From positions 27,266-63,591 of the forward strand of contig JBBIUU010000003.1 in NCBI GenBank assembly GCA_037440125.1: DNA of 36,326 bases, given 5' to 3'. Under the pieces are notes generated by a model, which saw nothing but the letters and a program-made list of their open reading frames with translations, did no database searches and was not told the origin of the DNA. The DNA comes from Acidobacteriota bacterium. Lineage in GTDB: Bacteria > Acidobacteriota > UBA4820 > DSQY01. This document shows positions 35,457-36,326 of this stretch, one piece after another; within the stretch, counting starts at the first letter, position 1; each line of letters starts with the position of its first letter. The translations under genes and the position numbers were made by a program.

Positions 35457-36326
35457 ATGAGGAAGAAATCCGTGGGAGCCCACGTCAGTGCCGAGGGCGG
35501 CGTCCAGAACGCCCCCGTCAACGCGGCGGCCCTCGGGGCCACGGCCTTCGCCCTCTTCGTAAAGAACGAGAAGCGATGGACGGCCCCGCCCATCGGCGAC
35601 GAGACCGCCGAGGCCTTCCGCGCCAACTGCGCTGCGAACGGCTTCGACCCCGGGGTCATCCTCCCGCACGACAGCTACCTGATCAACCTGGGCAACCCGG
35701 ACGCCGAGGGCCTCGCCAAGTCCCGCGCGGCCTTCGCCGACGAGATGGCGCGCTGCCAGCGCCTGGGCCTGAGGCTCCTCAACTTCCACCCCGGGAGCCA
35801 CAAGGGCGAGATGTCCGAGGAGGCTTGCATGGACCGCATCGCCGAGTCGGTGAACCTCGCCCTCGCCGGCAGCGAGGGCGTGACCGCCGTCTTCGAGAAC
35901 ACGGCGGGGCAGGGCGGGTACCTCGGGCGCACCTTCGAGCAGCTCGCCGCCATGATCGACCGCGTTGAGGACAAGTCCCGCGTGGGCGTGTGTCTCGACA
36001 CGTGCCACATGTTCGGTGCGGGCTACGACCTGCGCACCCGAGAGGGCTACGAGGCCACCATGAAGTCCTTCGGGGACACGGTGGGCTTCAGGTACCTCAA
36101 GGCCATGCACCTGAACGACAGCAAGGGGACGCTGGGCAGCCGCGTGGACCGCCACCACAGCCTGGGCGAGGGCGAGCTCGGCCTCGAGCCCTTCCGCTGG
36201 GTCATGCAGGACCCCCGCACGGACGGCATCCCCCTCGTGCTCGAGACCATCGAGCCCGAGCGCTGGGCCCGCGAGATCGCTCTCCTGAACTCGTTCCTGG
36301 AAGAACCCGAGACCGGAGAGGCCTAG
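35457..36326 (+). CDS. nfo: endonuclease IV (AP endonuclease)
   Basis: [41 protein letters not shown] and VLET zinc-ligand motifs. Confidence 0.96.
   Translation: MRKKSVGAHVSAEGGVQNAPVNAAALGATAFALFVKNEKRWTAPPIGDETAEAFRANCAANGFDPGVILPHDSYLINLGNPDAEGLAKSRAAFADEMARCQRLGLRLLNFHPGSHKGEMSEEACMDRIAESVNLALAGSEGVTAVFENTAGQGGYLGRTFEQLAAMIDRVEDKSRVGVCLDTCHMFGAGYDLRTREGYEATMKSFGDTVGFRYLKAMHLNDSKGTLGSRVDRHHSLGEGELGLEPFRWVMQDPRTDGIPLVLETIEPERWAREIALLNSFLEEPETGEA

Overview
A high-GC bacterial chromosomal window. Gene order and content suggest Acidobacteriota or a deltaproteobacteria-like lineage, which is an inference. Most of it is housekeeping and envelope genes. In order: a sigma54 activator plus degP/htrA; lysS-lolE-lolD; clpA/C-bamA-skp-lpxD-fabZ-lpxA-gnnA-like-serine hydrolase-tonB; a pseudokinase-TM-TonB_C fusion; a 13-PKD-repeat surface protein; a lipoate ligase plus the 2-oxoacid dehydrogenase E1a/E1b/E2/E3 operon; an O-methyltransferase; an MtfA-like peptidase; a nucleotidyltransferase-XRE fusion; kup; and nfo. 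The most striking unannotated signal lies in the ORF-free 17402-17900 gap. It holds two tandem units, each with a near-consensus sigma54 (-24/-12) promoter, a ~50-57 nt transcript carrying a shared C/U-rich anti-Shine-Dalgarno-like motif (CCCCTCC[C]ATTCCTC), and an intrinsic terminator. IHF-like sites lie between the units. These are candidate sibling sigma54-dependent small RNAs. Further sigma54 promoters precede the activator gene and the dehydrogenase operon. Intergenic spaces carry several families of degenerate 7-8 bp tandem repeats, some arranged as long inverted hairpins. I recognised no rRNA, tRNA, CRISPR array, integrase or transposase.
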